This document shows positions 26,108 through 38,225 of a DNA stretch of 64,000 nt, piece by piece. Under the pieces are notes generated by a model. The model made no database searches. It was not told the origin of the DNA and saw only the letters and a list, made by a program, of their open reading frames with translations. Numbering within the stretch: the first letter of the stretch is position 1; the number at the start of each line of letters is the position of its first letter. The DNA comes from Anolis carolinensis (Eukaryota), in contig NC_085843.1 of NCBI RefSeq assembly GCF_035594765.1, forward strand, positions 243,947,971 through 244,011,970, written 5' to 3'. A program made the position numbers and the translations under genes.

Positions 26108-28504
26108 TCTATTTCTTATCCACCCCTCCTCATGGCCTGAGGTGGGTTACAACATAACTAAAACACATAATCATCATAAATATTATATAAAATACACATC
26201 TTAAAACATTTTTCTACAAATACATATATTAAAATACACAGAACAAAGATTCAAATATAGTGAACACGAGACATGAGTTTAAATTCATGACTGAAAGATA
26301 CCTTTTACACATGCTGTTTTCAAGTGTGGATACAGACTCCGTGGATATGGGAGGCTGACTGTATGTCATTTTCTTAGACTCAATTTGCATAAGAAATCTG
26401 CACAGGAAAAAGGTAAGTCTTAGAGACATACATGGTACAGAGTTATCCAATGAATATCATGGCTGTGGATGGGCTTTAATTGTTCTACGGTAACATTCTA
26501 GCTGGCTGGCTGCATCATAGGGATAAAGAAAGGAATGTCCTTTTAAAAATTGTTTTGTTCTTTTCATCTGGAATGTACACTGGTTATGGTAGACTCCAGA
26601 GGTAAGTAGCACTTTAATTCTGAGCCAATTTGATTTAAATTTTCTGATCACTATTAGGCACCATGCAAAACCTGAAACATTTTGTGCAGTATGATACCCA
26701 TATTTTTGGTCTGTTGCTTAGACATCCCTGAGTCAAGTTTCCCTAGCAATTTATGATAAGATCTTGCAGCCCTCTTAAGAACAAATATTTACAGTCTGAA
26801 TCCTGATGGAAGGACAGGGGTGGTAGTCCAAAAAAGTAACCTTTCCAAGTTCTGAGTATAATGGCTCCCTGCAGCAATCAACCTTCAGTTCATGAAGAGT
26901 GACACTGAATCTGAGGCGGATAGTTTTCATGGACTCATCCCTGCTCTCCCTCACGCAATTCTAATCACGCAAGGGAAATTAATGCCTGAATAGGCCTTTA
27001 GTCAAAGCAAGCATAAATGGGTCTCTAATATGGGTTCATTTGATAAGACAAATGATTTAGTATGAAAGGAAAATGGGTGGGATATAGGTCAGGAAAGAGT
27101 TAGTGTCACCCGCAATTTGAACTCCTGACTTGTCATGACTCAAAGTTGCTGACAAATGTAGGATGGAGGAGGGGGGATCTCCTTGAACATGGCTAAAGTA
27201 GATTTGTGCATTCACTGTATTGTATAAAAAGCAAGTCAAAACACATTTGTTTTGCCTTTTGGGCTGACTGACTTTTTTGTTTATACTGGTAAATACGTAT
27301 ACACCACAGCTGGGATCAGAGGAAGTGACTGATTAAGCTGGGTGTCTTGAATCCAGTGCCACCATATACAAAGCCACGTTGGGTAAGGGATTCCAGAAGC
27401 CTTAGTCAAAAGTTTAACTTTTCCAAGCTCTGGTTGTACCATTTTCAAAAAACTGTGGAAGTCCTTTTAAAGTTTCTTTTCAGAGCTGGAAAGAGAATGG
27501 AAATGAGGCTAAAGATATCAAGGTCCAGGTGATTACATCTTTAGGGAACAAACTGAGCAGAATAATACAATCAAACTCCGGAATGAACAATTTCATTGAA
27601 GAATTGAGGCAGGTTCTAGTATCCCGCCCTCAGGCTCCACTCTTCAGTTAATTGAATTAGAGCAGGACTGTAGAAATGTAATATGACATGTAGTCCTGCA
27701 AGAAGCTGACACAATTTATGCTATCCTTTGTTACATTTGTGTCTACTGTGTATAGGATGCATGGCAATATAGTAATGAAATATATTTAAAAGTAGACCAC
27801 TTTGTGATCCCTAGAGCAGATTAACTCATCCTGTAATTATGGAATTGTTTGGATTTTCTTACCAAGGTGCATAAAAACAATAAAAGAGAACAAAGCTATA
27901 ATAGCAAGATAACCACTGACTTAGAGGGAGGAAATATATTTGTAGATAACCCCTCTGAAACAGATCTGATGGAATGAGGAAATGTTAAGGATAGCCAAAC
28001 ATAGGGAAATGTAAGTGGTGGCCTAGAAAATAAAACTAGGCAGCTATACCAATGCATACCGAGAATTAGACGAAGGTTTCGTTTTCTAAAGAGTTGAAAA
28101 ATATTTTGAATTAATTCCAAGGCTAGATTAGATGTAACAATATTATATTACAAATGTTTTAAAAGGACTCATTCCTTCCTTTTCTTTTGAGCCATCATTC
28201 TTAAACCAACTTTCCTCATTATACCCAGATTAAGGATACCATACCTATGCTTACTTTACAGAGGTTGTATGATGTACACCATGACATTAAATCAAAAACA
28301 CTTATCATATTAGTACAGGGATAGACAACTTCATAGGAGGTGGGTGTAATTTTCCCCTCCTTACCCCCAGACTAGCCAGTAAACTGCACTAGTCCATTTC
28401 AGTACCCCAATGTGATGCAATGTCACCGGTTTGGCCAACTTTTGGCTATTTTTTTTGTTTGCAGTTTATCTGGGAAAATATTGGGGGCTATAAATAATTA
28501 TCGA

Positions 28505-28832
28505 TCCCCTGGTGGTGCAGTAAGTTAAACTGTTGAGCTGCTGAACTTACTGACCGAAAGGTTGGCGGTTTGAATCTGGGGAGCAGAGTGAGCTGCAGCT
28601 GTTAGTCCCATCTTCTGCAAACCTAGCAGTTTGAAAACATGCAAATGTGAGTAGATCAATACATACTGTTCTGGTGGGAAGGTAATGGTGCTCCATGCAG
28701 CCATGGCAGCCATATGACCTTGGAGGCATCTATGGACAACGGTGGCTCTTCAGCTTAGAAATGGAGATGAGCAACACCCCACAGAGTCAGACACGACTAG
28801 ACTTAATGTTAGGGGAAAACTTTTACCTTTAC
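28505..28832 (+). mobile_element. Sauria SINE
   Basis: Homology to the other copies; ACCTTT tail. Confidence 0.9.
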
Positions 28833-28846
28833 TTTATAAAGGATTA

Positions 28847-29171
28847 AAAGGTAAAGGTTTTCCTCTGACGTTAAGTCCAGTCATGTTTGACTCTGGGGGT
28901 TGGTGCTCATCTCCATTTCTAAGCCGAAGAGGCGGCGTTATCCATAGACACCTCCAAGGTCATGTGGCCGGCATGACTGCATGGAGCGCTGTTACCTTCA
29001 CGCTGGAGCGGTACCTATTGATCTACTCACATTTGCATGTTTTCGGCTAGGTTGGCAGGAGCTGGGGCTAACAGCAGGCGCACATTCCGCTCCCAGGATT
29101 TGAACCTGACACCTTTTGGTCCGCAAGTTCAGCAGCTCAGCGCTTTAACGCACTGTGCCACCAGGGGCCCC
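28847..29171 (-). mobile_element. Sauria SINE, tail-to-tail with the preceding copy
   Basis: 13-bp TSD TTATAAAGGATTA (28834-28846 and 29172-29184). Confidence 0.92.
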
Positions 29172-30357
29172 TTATAAAGGATTAGGAGAAGCAAAATGCC
29201 ATATTTCAGGAGTTTTTGTACAAAAGATTACCTCTAGGTAATTCCCCAAATTCTTGGGAGAGATTCTAGGGCAGTGTTTTGGCAGCTGTTCAGTTTGGAA
29301 GCAAGAATTGCCCCATCACATAAGTTTTGGGAGGACATGGGGATTTTGGTCATCTTCAGGACTTTTACCTCAAAGTTCCCTGTCAACATTACTACAAACA
29401 GTACTGGTACTTTTAACTGTAGGTTTTGTTATTGGAAGCTTAAAGCAGATGTTTCTTGTGGTGTTTATGGTGACCCTATGAATGAGAGACATCTAAGAAT
29501 CCCAGCTCAGGTCTTGAAAGCTCAGAGCCATGGCTTCTTTATTGAGCCAATCCATTTATAATGGATTGCATGCAGACAATAGAATGCTATTTTTAAGATG
29601 AATGAATATACAACCAGATCAAGGTTATCCACAACAGAATAGTTCTAGGATTATAGAGCAACATCCTACCACTGCTCAGTCATGGATGGTTTCAGTATGT
29701 CTTTGTGTTCATTCTTCTTAAATATAATTTTCCTAGCTTTGATAGAAAAAACTTCCAAAAACACACTGAGAAATCTTTTGAAGCATTATTTGATATTACA
29801 AAACTCATTTTACCTATTATACAATGGAAGGAACACATCTGTAAAGTAGTAAATGCACACAGCATAATTTGTACAGATCTGAAGTTGATGTTGAAATGCA
29901 GTACTCTATTGAAATCTAACTGTTCAGAATGTAGAATGTAATTCAATCCCTCTACCAATATGACTGGCATTCGCTTAGCTGCAAGCACTGCAAATTCCAT
30001 AGTTGTGTTTAAAGTCTTTGAGGTTTATACTGATCCCACATAATTTTGATGTTATATTTAGACAACCAATTTTTTTTGAAAACCAGCTATTAATCCTCTC
30101 AACGAAACATAGGAGATATATGTCATCATTCAATAGCTCAAGACTTAGACAAGATTTGAATTGGAGTCTTCTAGTTCATTCTTCTAACCACTGTGCTATC
30201 AACTTTGTGGTATGTGTGTTATATTATATAAATACACAATTTGAAGACATTGTTATTTCCCTTCTAGGTTTATCACCAACTTTCATAGTCTTGATTATCA
30301 CTGCAAATCAAAGAACTTTTCCAAATTATATGTATGAACACCAGTATTGGATAGCTC

Positions 30358-30570
30358 TCTTTGGATGCATCTACACTGTAGATTAATGTAGTTTGAAATT
30401 ACTTTAATTGCCATTCCTCAATGTGGTGGAATCATGGGATTTGCAGTTTTGATGAGGCAACCAGTCTTCTTTGGCAGAGAAGATGGAAGATCTTGTAAAA
30501 CTGGAATGCCCTGAATTCCATAGCAGTTAAAGTGGCGGTAAACTGCATTAATTTTACATTGTAAATGCTC
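30358..30570. mobile_element. old Harbinger-like MITE
   Basis: Imperfect TIR gcatctacactgtagattaatg...cattaattttacattgtaaatgc. Confidence 0.55.
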
Positions 30571-30638
30571 TCCCTCCCTCCCTCCCTCCCCTCTCTGTAA
30601 TCCTAGTTGGACCTGATTCTGTTTTCTAACCTAGGGTT

Positions 30639-31501
30639 TGTCAGGACCCAGGTGGCAGAGCACCAATAACCTTGCACAGAGGCCAGAATCTATCTAATAT
30701 CTTTATTAAGGAAATATATAAAATCAATAAAAACAAGTGAAGAATAAAGTTCAGAAGTAGACCTTTAAGATAAGGTCAAATATAGTCCAGAAATGTATTG
30801 TCCAATATAAGATATTAGTTCAAAGTTTTAATCCACTTGACCGAAACACACACTTTGCCAAGCAATAGTGTGGGGAAATAACAAAGTCTTTAAAGTCCAA
30901 TGAAGCTTGACAACAAGGCTGGAAATAGACTTAATTCTTGACTTGATCCAAAACTTGAAACGAGGCAAACATGAAGCATGAACAAAGTCCGTGGCAAACT
31001 GCGAGACAAGGAAGACTTGAAACTTGATCCGGGAAGCAGGGAACAGGGATTACGAAGTCCACACACGATCTCTCTCCTCAAGCTGATCGATTGACTCCGC
31101 AAAGTTTCCCTTGCGACAAACACCTATATTGGGTCTCGTTTTCCCGCCAACAGAGCTCTTTCCCTAGAGAACGAGAAGCGAAACCTAACTCTGTCCAGAT
31201 GCATGACTCCTTAGAATTTCCCAAGGGAAGCAGACCTAATCAGCCAGTTGTTTGGCAGCGATTCTCAGGCTTCGGCGATTTGCCTCTTTGACTCCTCTAT
31301 CTCTAGTATAATTGTCCCTCCGGGAAAACGGGGGGGGGGGGGGAGTTCTGCCCAAGGCCTGTTTGGCTGAATTCTTGAGGGCAAACATCCTCCAGGTGGA
31401 AAGGCTCCGGCTCTGGCTGAACCGGCAAAAATCCCATGTTTTCCTCTTCGTCTGCCACAATAGTTCTAGGAACAGGACTACAAGGCCCATGAGTCATCAC
31501 A
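30639..31501 (-). mobile_element. solo LTR (863 bp), Gypsy/BEL-type
   Basis: TG...CA ends; 5-bp TSD GGGTT (30634-30638 and 31502-31506); minus-strand AATAAA at 30702-30707. Confidence 0.88.
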
Positions 31502-31548
31502 GGGTTAGACACCTATTGCTGTAGAATCAGAACACCTTATGAGACTGA

Positions 31549-31910
31549 GGACCTCATCACATGAAGGTCCTTAACCCAGGGGACAGCAGGGGAATTGGTG
31601 AGGCAGTGGGGCAAATCTGTGGGGAAGTGGGGAAAACCGTCTGACAGTACTCTGCACCACCCTCTCACCATCACATGCAGTTTCCTGTCTGTCCTTGGCT
31701 TGGTCTCACACTGTCCCCAGCTTATTCAGTGAGAACAATGGTGATTGCCCATGTTCTCAGGGCAGCTTCTTAACACCTTGTCTGTACACAGCTGGACTGG
31801 AGCCCTGCCAGAAGTAGCCTTGCATCATGCGATGGGCTCTGGCAGGCCCTGTCCTGGCTCCATCTCGGCAGTGTCCTAGGATTGGGCTTTTTGCCCGTGT
31901 GATGAGGTCT
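31549..31910. mobile_element. Harbinger-like MITE
   Basis: TIR gacctcatcaca(t/c)g; 3-bp TSD TGA. Confidence 0.7.
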
Positions 31911-31922
31911 TGAGTGAAGTAG

Positions 31923-32655
31923 TGTTGTGGCCTGGTCAGATTCTGAGTGCTCAGACGAGGAGGAATGGGATGCTGGGAGAGATTCAGAAGGCCCAGAGGA
32001 GACTGGAAGTGGCCCTGGGAGAGATGTTTTGGAATCTCCTGGCAGTTCCCAAGAGAATGGTGAAGGCGATCTCCGTTCCCATGGGAACCTGCCAGATGTG
32101 CAGTCTGAGGGAAATGTGGGAGATGAGTGCTTGTTGGGGTCACAGAGATTGGAGTTGAAGAAACAGGGCCTGCAATTAAGACAGACTCACTTTTCCAAGC
32201 GACTGAGAGATAAGGATTGCAGGTGCAAGAGAAATGATTTCATGGGAGGAATTCTGGCTTTTAAAAAGTGGTTCATGCTGTTATAATCTTTGTGAGGGCA
32301 ATGCTGCATTCAGGTGAAGATCTTTCAGTTTCATGGGCCTTGTAATTCATGTATTCAAGTTTTCAAGCCATTCCTGTATTCTGGTCTTGTGAGGCATAGT
32401 TTTGCCTGCCTTGGATTTATGTACCTTGTTTGGGAATATTTCAGTGGAATTGTTTTTGAAACTTTCTTTGAATGGGTTTTTGGACCTTTGGCTTTTATGG
32501 AAATAACCTTTTGAACTTTGATTCCCTTTTTTATATTTACTTGCTTTTCATATATTTACCTTTTATTATACTCTGCTTTTAATAAACTCTCACATTGGAT
32601 CAACTGGACAGTGCATGGTTTGTGGTGAAAAGAGGTTCCAAGGCCTAGTGCAACA
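31923..32655 (+). mobile_element. solo LTR (733 bp)
   Basis: TGTTG...CAACA ends; TSD AGTAG; AATAAA at 32581; acidic ORF 31924-32286. Confidence 0.9.
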
Positions 32656-34634
32656 AGTAGCTGCCTCCAAATATACAAGTAGCTGCCTTACAAATATAGT
32701 AAGCCCTTCTCTTTTGGGGGAAGGAGGAGGTTAGGGGTGCAGGGCCTCTCTGAAAGTAAAATAAAAATGAATAAAAGACTATTTTTATCTAAGAGAACAC
32801 CACTCTAGAAATCTTTAGATCCCGCAGTGCAACTCTATGGTCAACACCCAGCAGAGATTCCTAGAAAAAAAATGCATTTATCAAACCTCCAAATAATCAT
32901 ATCTGCAACAGTCAAACCCTCAAATGTAGAGAGCCAAATGTGGAGGGCCAACTACATATGTGCGGTTTCATGAAAATTGTTTAATTTACACTCAATGTTT
33001 CTTGCTAGGGAGGGGTAAATCATTTGCAGATTTTTTTCCTCACATGCCAAAATGACTTGGCTGGGGATATTTGCTGACCCCACCTATTCAGCAAAATTGT
33101 GGTATAGTTCTGGGTTGAATGAGATGTTCTATGAGTTGGTAGTTCACATGCCTGATTTTCTCCATGAGTTCATATACAATCATATGCAGCAAAACATGAA
33201 TCAACACAACAGCCTAGTACAATCACAACACTGGAACAACAGTTACAGAGATAGCTAATGGCTCATGTTGGTTTACATGCCATGCATTTACATGCATTAT
33301 TTTGTGTTGTGTACCTGTATAGTCAATTCACATCCTGTGGTGTGAACCAGTGTGTGAATTAACTCCAGATCTGAATACCAGAGATCGACTTTTCCTCTCT
33401 CTGTGTAACACATGGGATGCCTTAATTACAAAAGGCTGGGGTGGGGGGCCATATGCCCTGGGAACGTTCTTTTGATATTACTTTTAAAAATGTTATAGGA
33501 CAACAGGTTTTGAAGTCAGCATAAAACAAGATTCCTTATCTAACATGAAAGCCATTGATTTATCTGAGGTGCTTGCCTTAGTATTTTGAGCAACTTCTGG
33601 CATGTTTTAGATTTAAATCAAATTTAATATTAGGCTAATTTCAACTTCACTTATTTATTTGACAACTAAAGTGGCTGTTAACATTGTCTAAGGTGTAGAG
33701 TAATGAATGGTAAATTGCCTTTCTTAAAATGCTTCAAACAGTGCATGTCCAAATACTGAGATAATCACCAATCTAGTTTTCATTAAAACTAAAATAGTGG
33801 GAATTAGTGTATTATAGTAAGGTCATGTTATTGTCAGCCATGAAAATCAGGCTATTACTGTAAAATGAAGTTAATTCACTTCTATAGTTCTTCCTAGAAT
33901 AAAATATTTAATTTGATTTATATTTTAAACAGAGGAATACAGTTAGTAATTTTCTACTGCTCTATTAATTTATGATTTGAATTTTGAGATCTCATTGTTT
34001 TCATTGTTATCTCTGTTGTTTATGATGACATATTCATTTATATTTCATATTTTTCCAAATATTAGGACTTTAGGTGGCTTAAAAATTAAAACAAATATAG
34101 TTAAAAGCTTACCAAAAGACACGTAAAACATATAAAAAGCTATTATTAAAATAAAATTAAACAATGAATAAAATTAAAACCTTTTAAAACAACCCAAGAG
34201 AAAGATAAATATTAGTAGCATATCATTAAAATAGTACACTATTCAAAGACCTTGTTGCTGGTTCCTGAAATGACTATAGAGATGGAACCTTTTTTACATG
34301 TCGGTGAAAGGAGTCTTCTATCTTCTCTATGAAAAGTGCAATTGTGCTATAAAATAAAATAAAATAAAATAAAATAAAGGAACCACAGTAGTGTAGGAAG
34401 GCAGGGCTAAAAGGGTGGCAAAAAGTATGATTGTAGGACCCTGGACTGGAGAATTAATGCAATTGCGCTACTGAAAAGAAGTATGTTATTGAAAGTATGT
34501 ATACATTATCTGTACTAATACAACTTTAGCAGAATAGCTGTATGGTGTGATAAAATCCTCTGGCTTGCTATCAACTATCGTTGAAGGTTGCAAGTATGTA
34601 ATGTTCACTATGAGGAGATGGTATCTGTCTAGGA

Positions 34635-34769
34635 CAGTGGTTCTCAACTTGTGGGTCCTCAGATGTTTTGGCCTTCAATTTCCAGAGATCCTAACAGCTG
34701 GTAAACTGGCTGGGATTTCTGGGAGTTGTAGGCCAAAACACCTGGTGACCCACAGGTTGAGAACCACTG
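34635..34769. mobile_element. 135-bp hAT MITE
   Basis: TIRs; TSD GTCTAGGA. Confidence 0.92.
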
Positions 34770-35544
34770 GTCTAGGAAAACCCATGTTCATGTGTGACAA
34801 AGATAAATAGCTGCTGCTTAAACTGTGAATATTTTTTAAATGTGTGAGAGCAGCAGCTCCACTTGCTTTAAACTAATTCTATCCCAGAGGATCAAAAGAT
34901 ATGCAGAAACATGGACAACCTGCAAATATATGGAATTTTGTCCTGGAGGCAAACTTTTAATGGACAACGACTCATAGTGTGAAAAGAGATAAAATAGGCA
35001 TGAGTTCTAAAGAAAGAATTAAGACCTCATCTTCAATACTAGTTAACTTAATTTACTGGAGTAAAATTAAAAGAAATAAAAACTTCTTCACTTAACATGT
35101 TGCTTTCTAATGTGGATCATCTTGCAAAGGCACAGGTTGCCTTCAGGGGAAACATAAAATATTGCAAAATGCTCTTCTCAGCATGCTCTTTGTAATAAAG
35201 ATAAAATATGTGAAAAAGAAGGACAGGGGACTGGAAGCTTGAAGGAAGACAGGTTCTGTAAAGAGGGGAAAGATTTCAGGCTTCTGTATGATCTATGATA
35301 TCTTTCTAGAGAAAATGGCAATGCCTTTGAGGGCACCAATACCTTTTTCTGTGTTTTCATCAATGATATTTTAATGTGCTAGTGAACTCCTATATGAAGT
35401 GTCTTCTTGGTGTTGTGCTGTGTTTGCTTTACACTAGATATGTACAAGAGTTTTAAAAACATAATAAACAGTATTGAGACCTCATGATCACTATTGAAAA
35501 TATGATCTTCTTCAAAGTCAACCTAGTTTAGTGTTTCTGGCTGT

Positions 35545-35887
35545 ACAGTCAACCCTTCACACTTGTTGTGGTTAAGGGTAAAGAACCTTTAATGATTCTG
35601 AAACATCACAAATAAAGAAATTGCTACACCTCTCTAGGGATTTCTAGGTCATGATTCTATAATTGATTTCTTCTTGAAGCTGACCATAGAGTCACACTTA
35701 AGGATCTAGAGATTCCTAGAGAGGTATTATCACCAGAAATCTCTAGGTCCTCCAGCATGAACAGTGAACATTGACTATAGAGTTGTACTGGATTACCTAG
35801 AGATCCCTAGAGAGACAATTTTAATCAAATCTGTGAATAGTTAAATCTGCAAAAGTCAAAACTGCAACTGTGAAGGAATGACTGTAT
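35545..35887. mobile_element. old Tigger-like MITE
   Basis: Ends tacagtcaacccttcaca...tgtgaaggaatgactgta; related copy at about 32695-32955. Confidence 0.6.
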
Positions 35888-36666
35888 CTTTCTCCTCCAA
35901 ATACAAGAATAAGAAAAGTGCCACCATAAAGAACTACAGAACAAACACAGAAAAATAGATAATTCCTCAAAAAATAGCAAATGAAAATTTCAAAACTGGG
36001 CTCAAATTTTAGCATAAGTAGAATAAAGCTCAGTTAAAGCTAAAGACAACATTTTAAAATCTGTGCCTTTTTGTCCTTGCAAACACTGTCCATTCTCATT
36101 CTGGAACTGCATTCATCTCATTGGAGAAGTAATGTGACAACAGGGATGGGCAGTATCGTTAATAGCAGGTTTTGTACCCAGTAAAAAGAGCAATACTATA
36201 GTCATAATATGAAGCAGAGAGTTGTGGTTAGGATGAGGAGGAAGTTGGATGGTTCATTTCACATTACAGACTTGCCTAAAGGGCATTCATTCACTGTCTG
36301 TATAGCCACATAAAATTATTGGCCAACACAACATATTTCAAAGGAAAATAATTGATTACAGTCAATGTTCAATCTGTACTATAAAAAAACACCTAGGGAG
36401 GCAACACAGAGCAGTGTACTGCAGACACTTGGCCCATGCTAGAGCTGTTTGTGGTCTTGGCCATGGGATCAGGCAGGCACTGCAGAGCCAGGTAAGCACC
36501 TGAATAAACAGCTTCCTTTTCTTCTATGGTGAACAATCCAGAGGAATTCTGATGAGGTTAAGGCTCCATGATGAAAATAAGTGGAAACTATCTTCTCCAT
36601 TGCTTGCCATATTGATGTCTGTCAGCTACCCAAACAGCCCCCCTTGAGGGAACGATTGAATGATAT

Positions 36667-36699
<33 letters not shown>

Positions 36700-37929
36700 T
36701 AGATAATGATAGGTAGATTAGGTTTGCTTGCACTAGGAAAATATTCCTAGTGCAAGGATGTTTTTACATCACTTGAATATAAATGGGGCATCATCTCACC
36801 CAAGGTTAGATTAGGAACGGTACAATTGGGTCCTAAAAGGATGCTGCTGCTGCTACCATCTCCTAAAAGTGTCTTCCACTGTGATGATGTGCAAATAAAA
36901 ATGCTTCAGGTGAAAATAGGGGTTATGGATCACTCTCCCCTTATTTTCTCATACCTTCTAACCTGTCCCAGTTTGACAGTGACAGTCCCAATTAATTCTC
37001 TGTGATCTCACTTTTTCAGCTGCTTTAAAAATGTCTGAGTTTCTCTCTCTTCCTCTTGTTTTCTCCTTTTGTCATCAGGTTACTTCAGGTTACTTCAGCA
37101 GACTTATATCAAAGTGCATAAGTACTTTGGACTAACACAGCAGGGAGAAGAGAGCATAGAATAGCGTAGACCCCTCAACTTCTGAGCATGCTTGTCATAG
37201 ATGTGGGCAGAACATCAGGAGAGAATGTTTCTGGAACATAGTCATACAGCCTGAAAAACTCAAACAACTCAGAGCATAGAATCTTGCCTTTTTAAGTAGG
37301 CTAAGGCAAAAGCAAACTGCTGAATTTTCTCTTAACTTGTATATTCTCAGTACCATTTTGACCACATTCTGATTTAGTCTGGCCACATGAGTTCAAGTTT
37401 GCCTCTCTGCAATGTTGGAGGGTATATTCTCCCAGTTTTGGTAGCATTTATCTCAGCTTCATTTCCCAGCTGTAGATAGAGTAAGGAGGCAGGCAGTGTC
37501 TTGAAATCTTGCTGGTTATGACAAATGCAAGAGAGGTGTTCAGAGCTTCTCCCATTCTTTGGTTTGAGTCTAGCCCTGATCCTGAGGAAGATTATTAGGG
37601 CTCATTCCTGCCAAACCTGATCTACCACCATACTATCTCCCACTGCACAAAGCTGTTTCTCCAACTGGTGAGCAGAAACATTGCCAAAGACATGGGCAAC
37701 ACTTTGTGGGGCGATCTTAAATAATAATTTTAAAAAGGGTGGGAGACCAGTAGGGAATATATTTGTGTAGGGAGCAATGCTCACCACTGATGTGGATATG
37801 GGGAAGTGTTAGGGAACCAGATATTGACTAATACTGATTCTGTAAAAAGAACCGTGAGAAAAATATTGTAAAAATAGAATAGATTGAATCTTTTTTGCCA
37901 TATGCTGACCAGGGCTGCTGAGAGTCTCA

Positions 37930-38225
37930 TCCCTGAGTGTGGTAGGAGCTCCTTCCTTGGAAACCTTTAAGGCTGGATGGCCATCTGTCAGGAATACTTT
38001 GATTGTGCTTTTCCTGCACGGCAGGTGTTGGACTAGATCAGTGGTTCTCAACCTGTGGGTCCCCAGGTGTTTTGGCCTACAACTCCCAAAAATCTCAGCC
38101 AGTTTACCAACTGTTAGGATTTCTGGGAGTTGAAGGCTAAAACATCTGGGCACCCACAGATTGAGAACCACTGGACTAGATGGCCCCTGTGGTCTCTTCC
38201 AACTCTATGATTCTATGATTCTATG
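37930..38225 (+). mobile_element. CR1 3' end interrupted by a hAT MITE
   Basis: 'VGAPSLETFK' peptide; (ATTCTATG)n tail. Confidence 0.85.
38039..38173. mobile_element. 135-bp hAT MITE inserted in CR1
   Basis: TIRs; TSD GACTAGAT. Confidence 0.92.
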
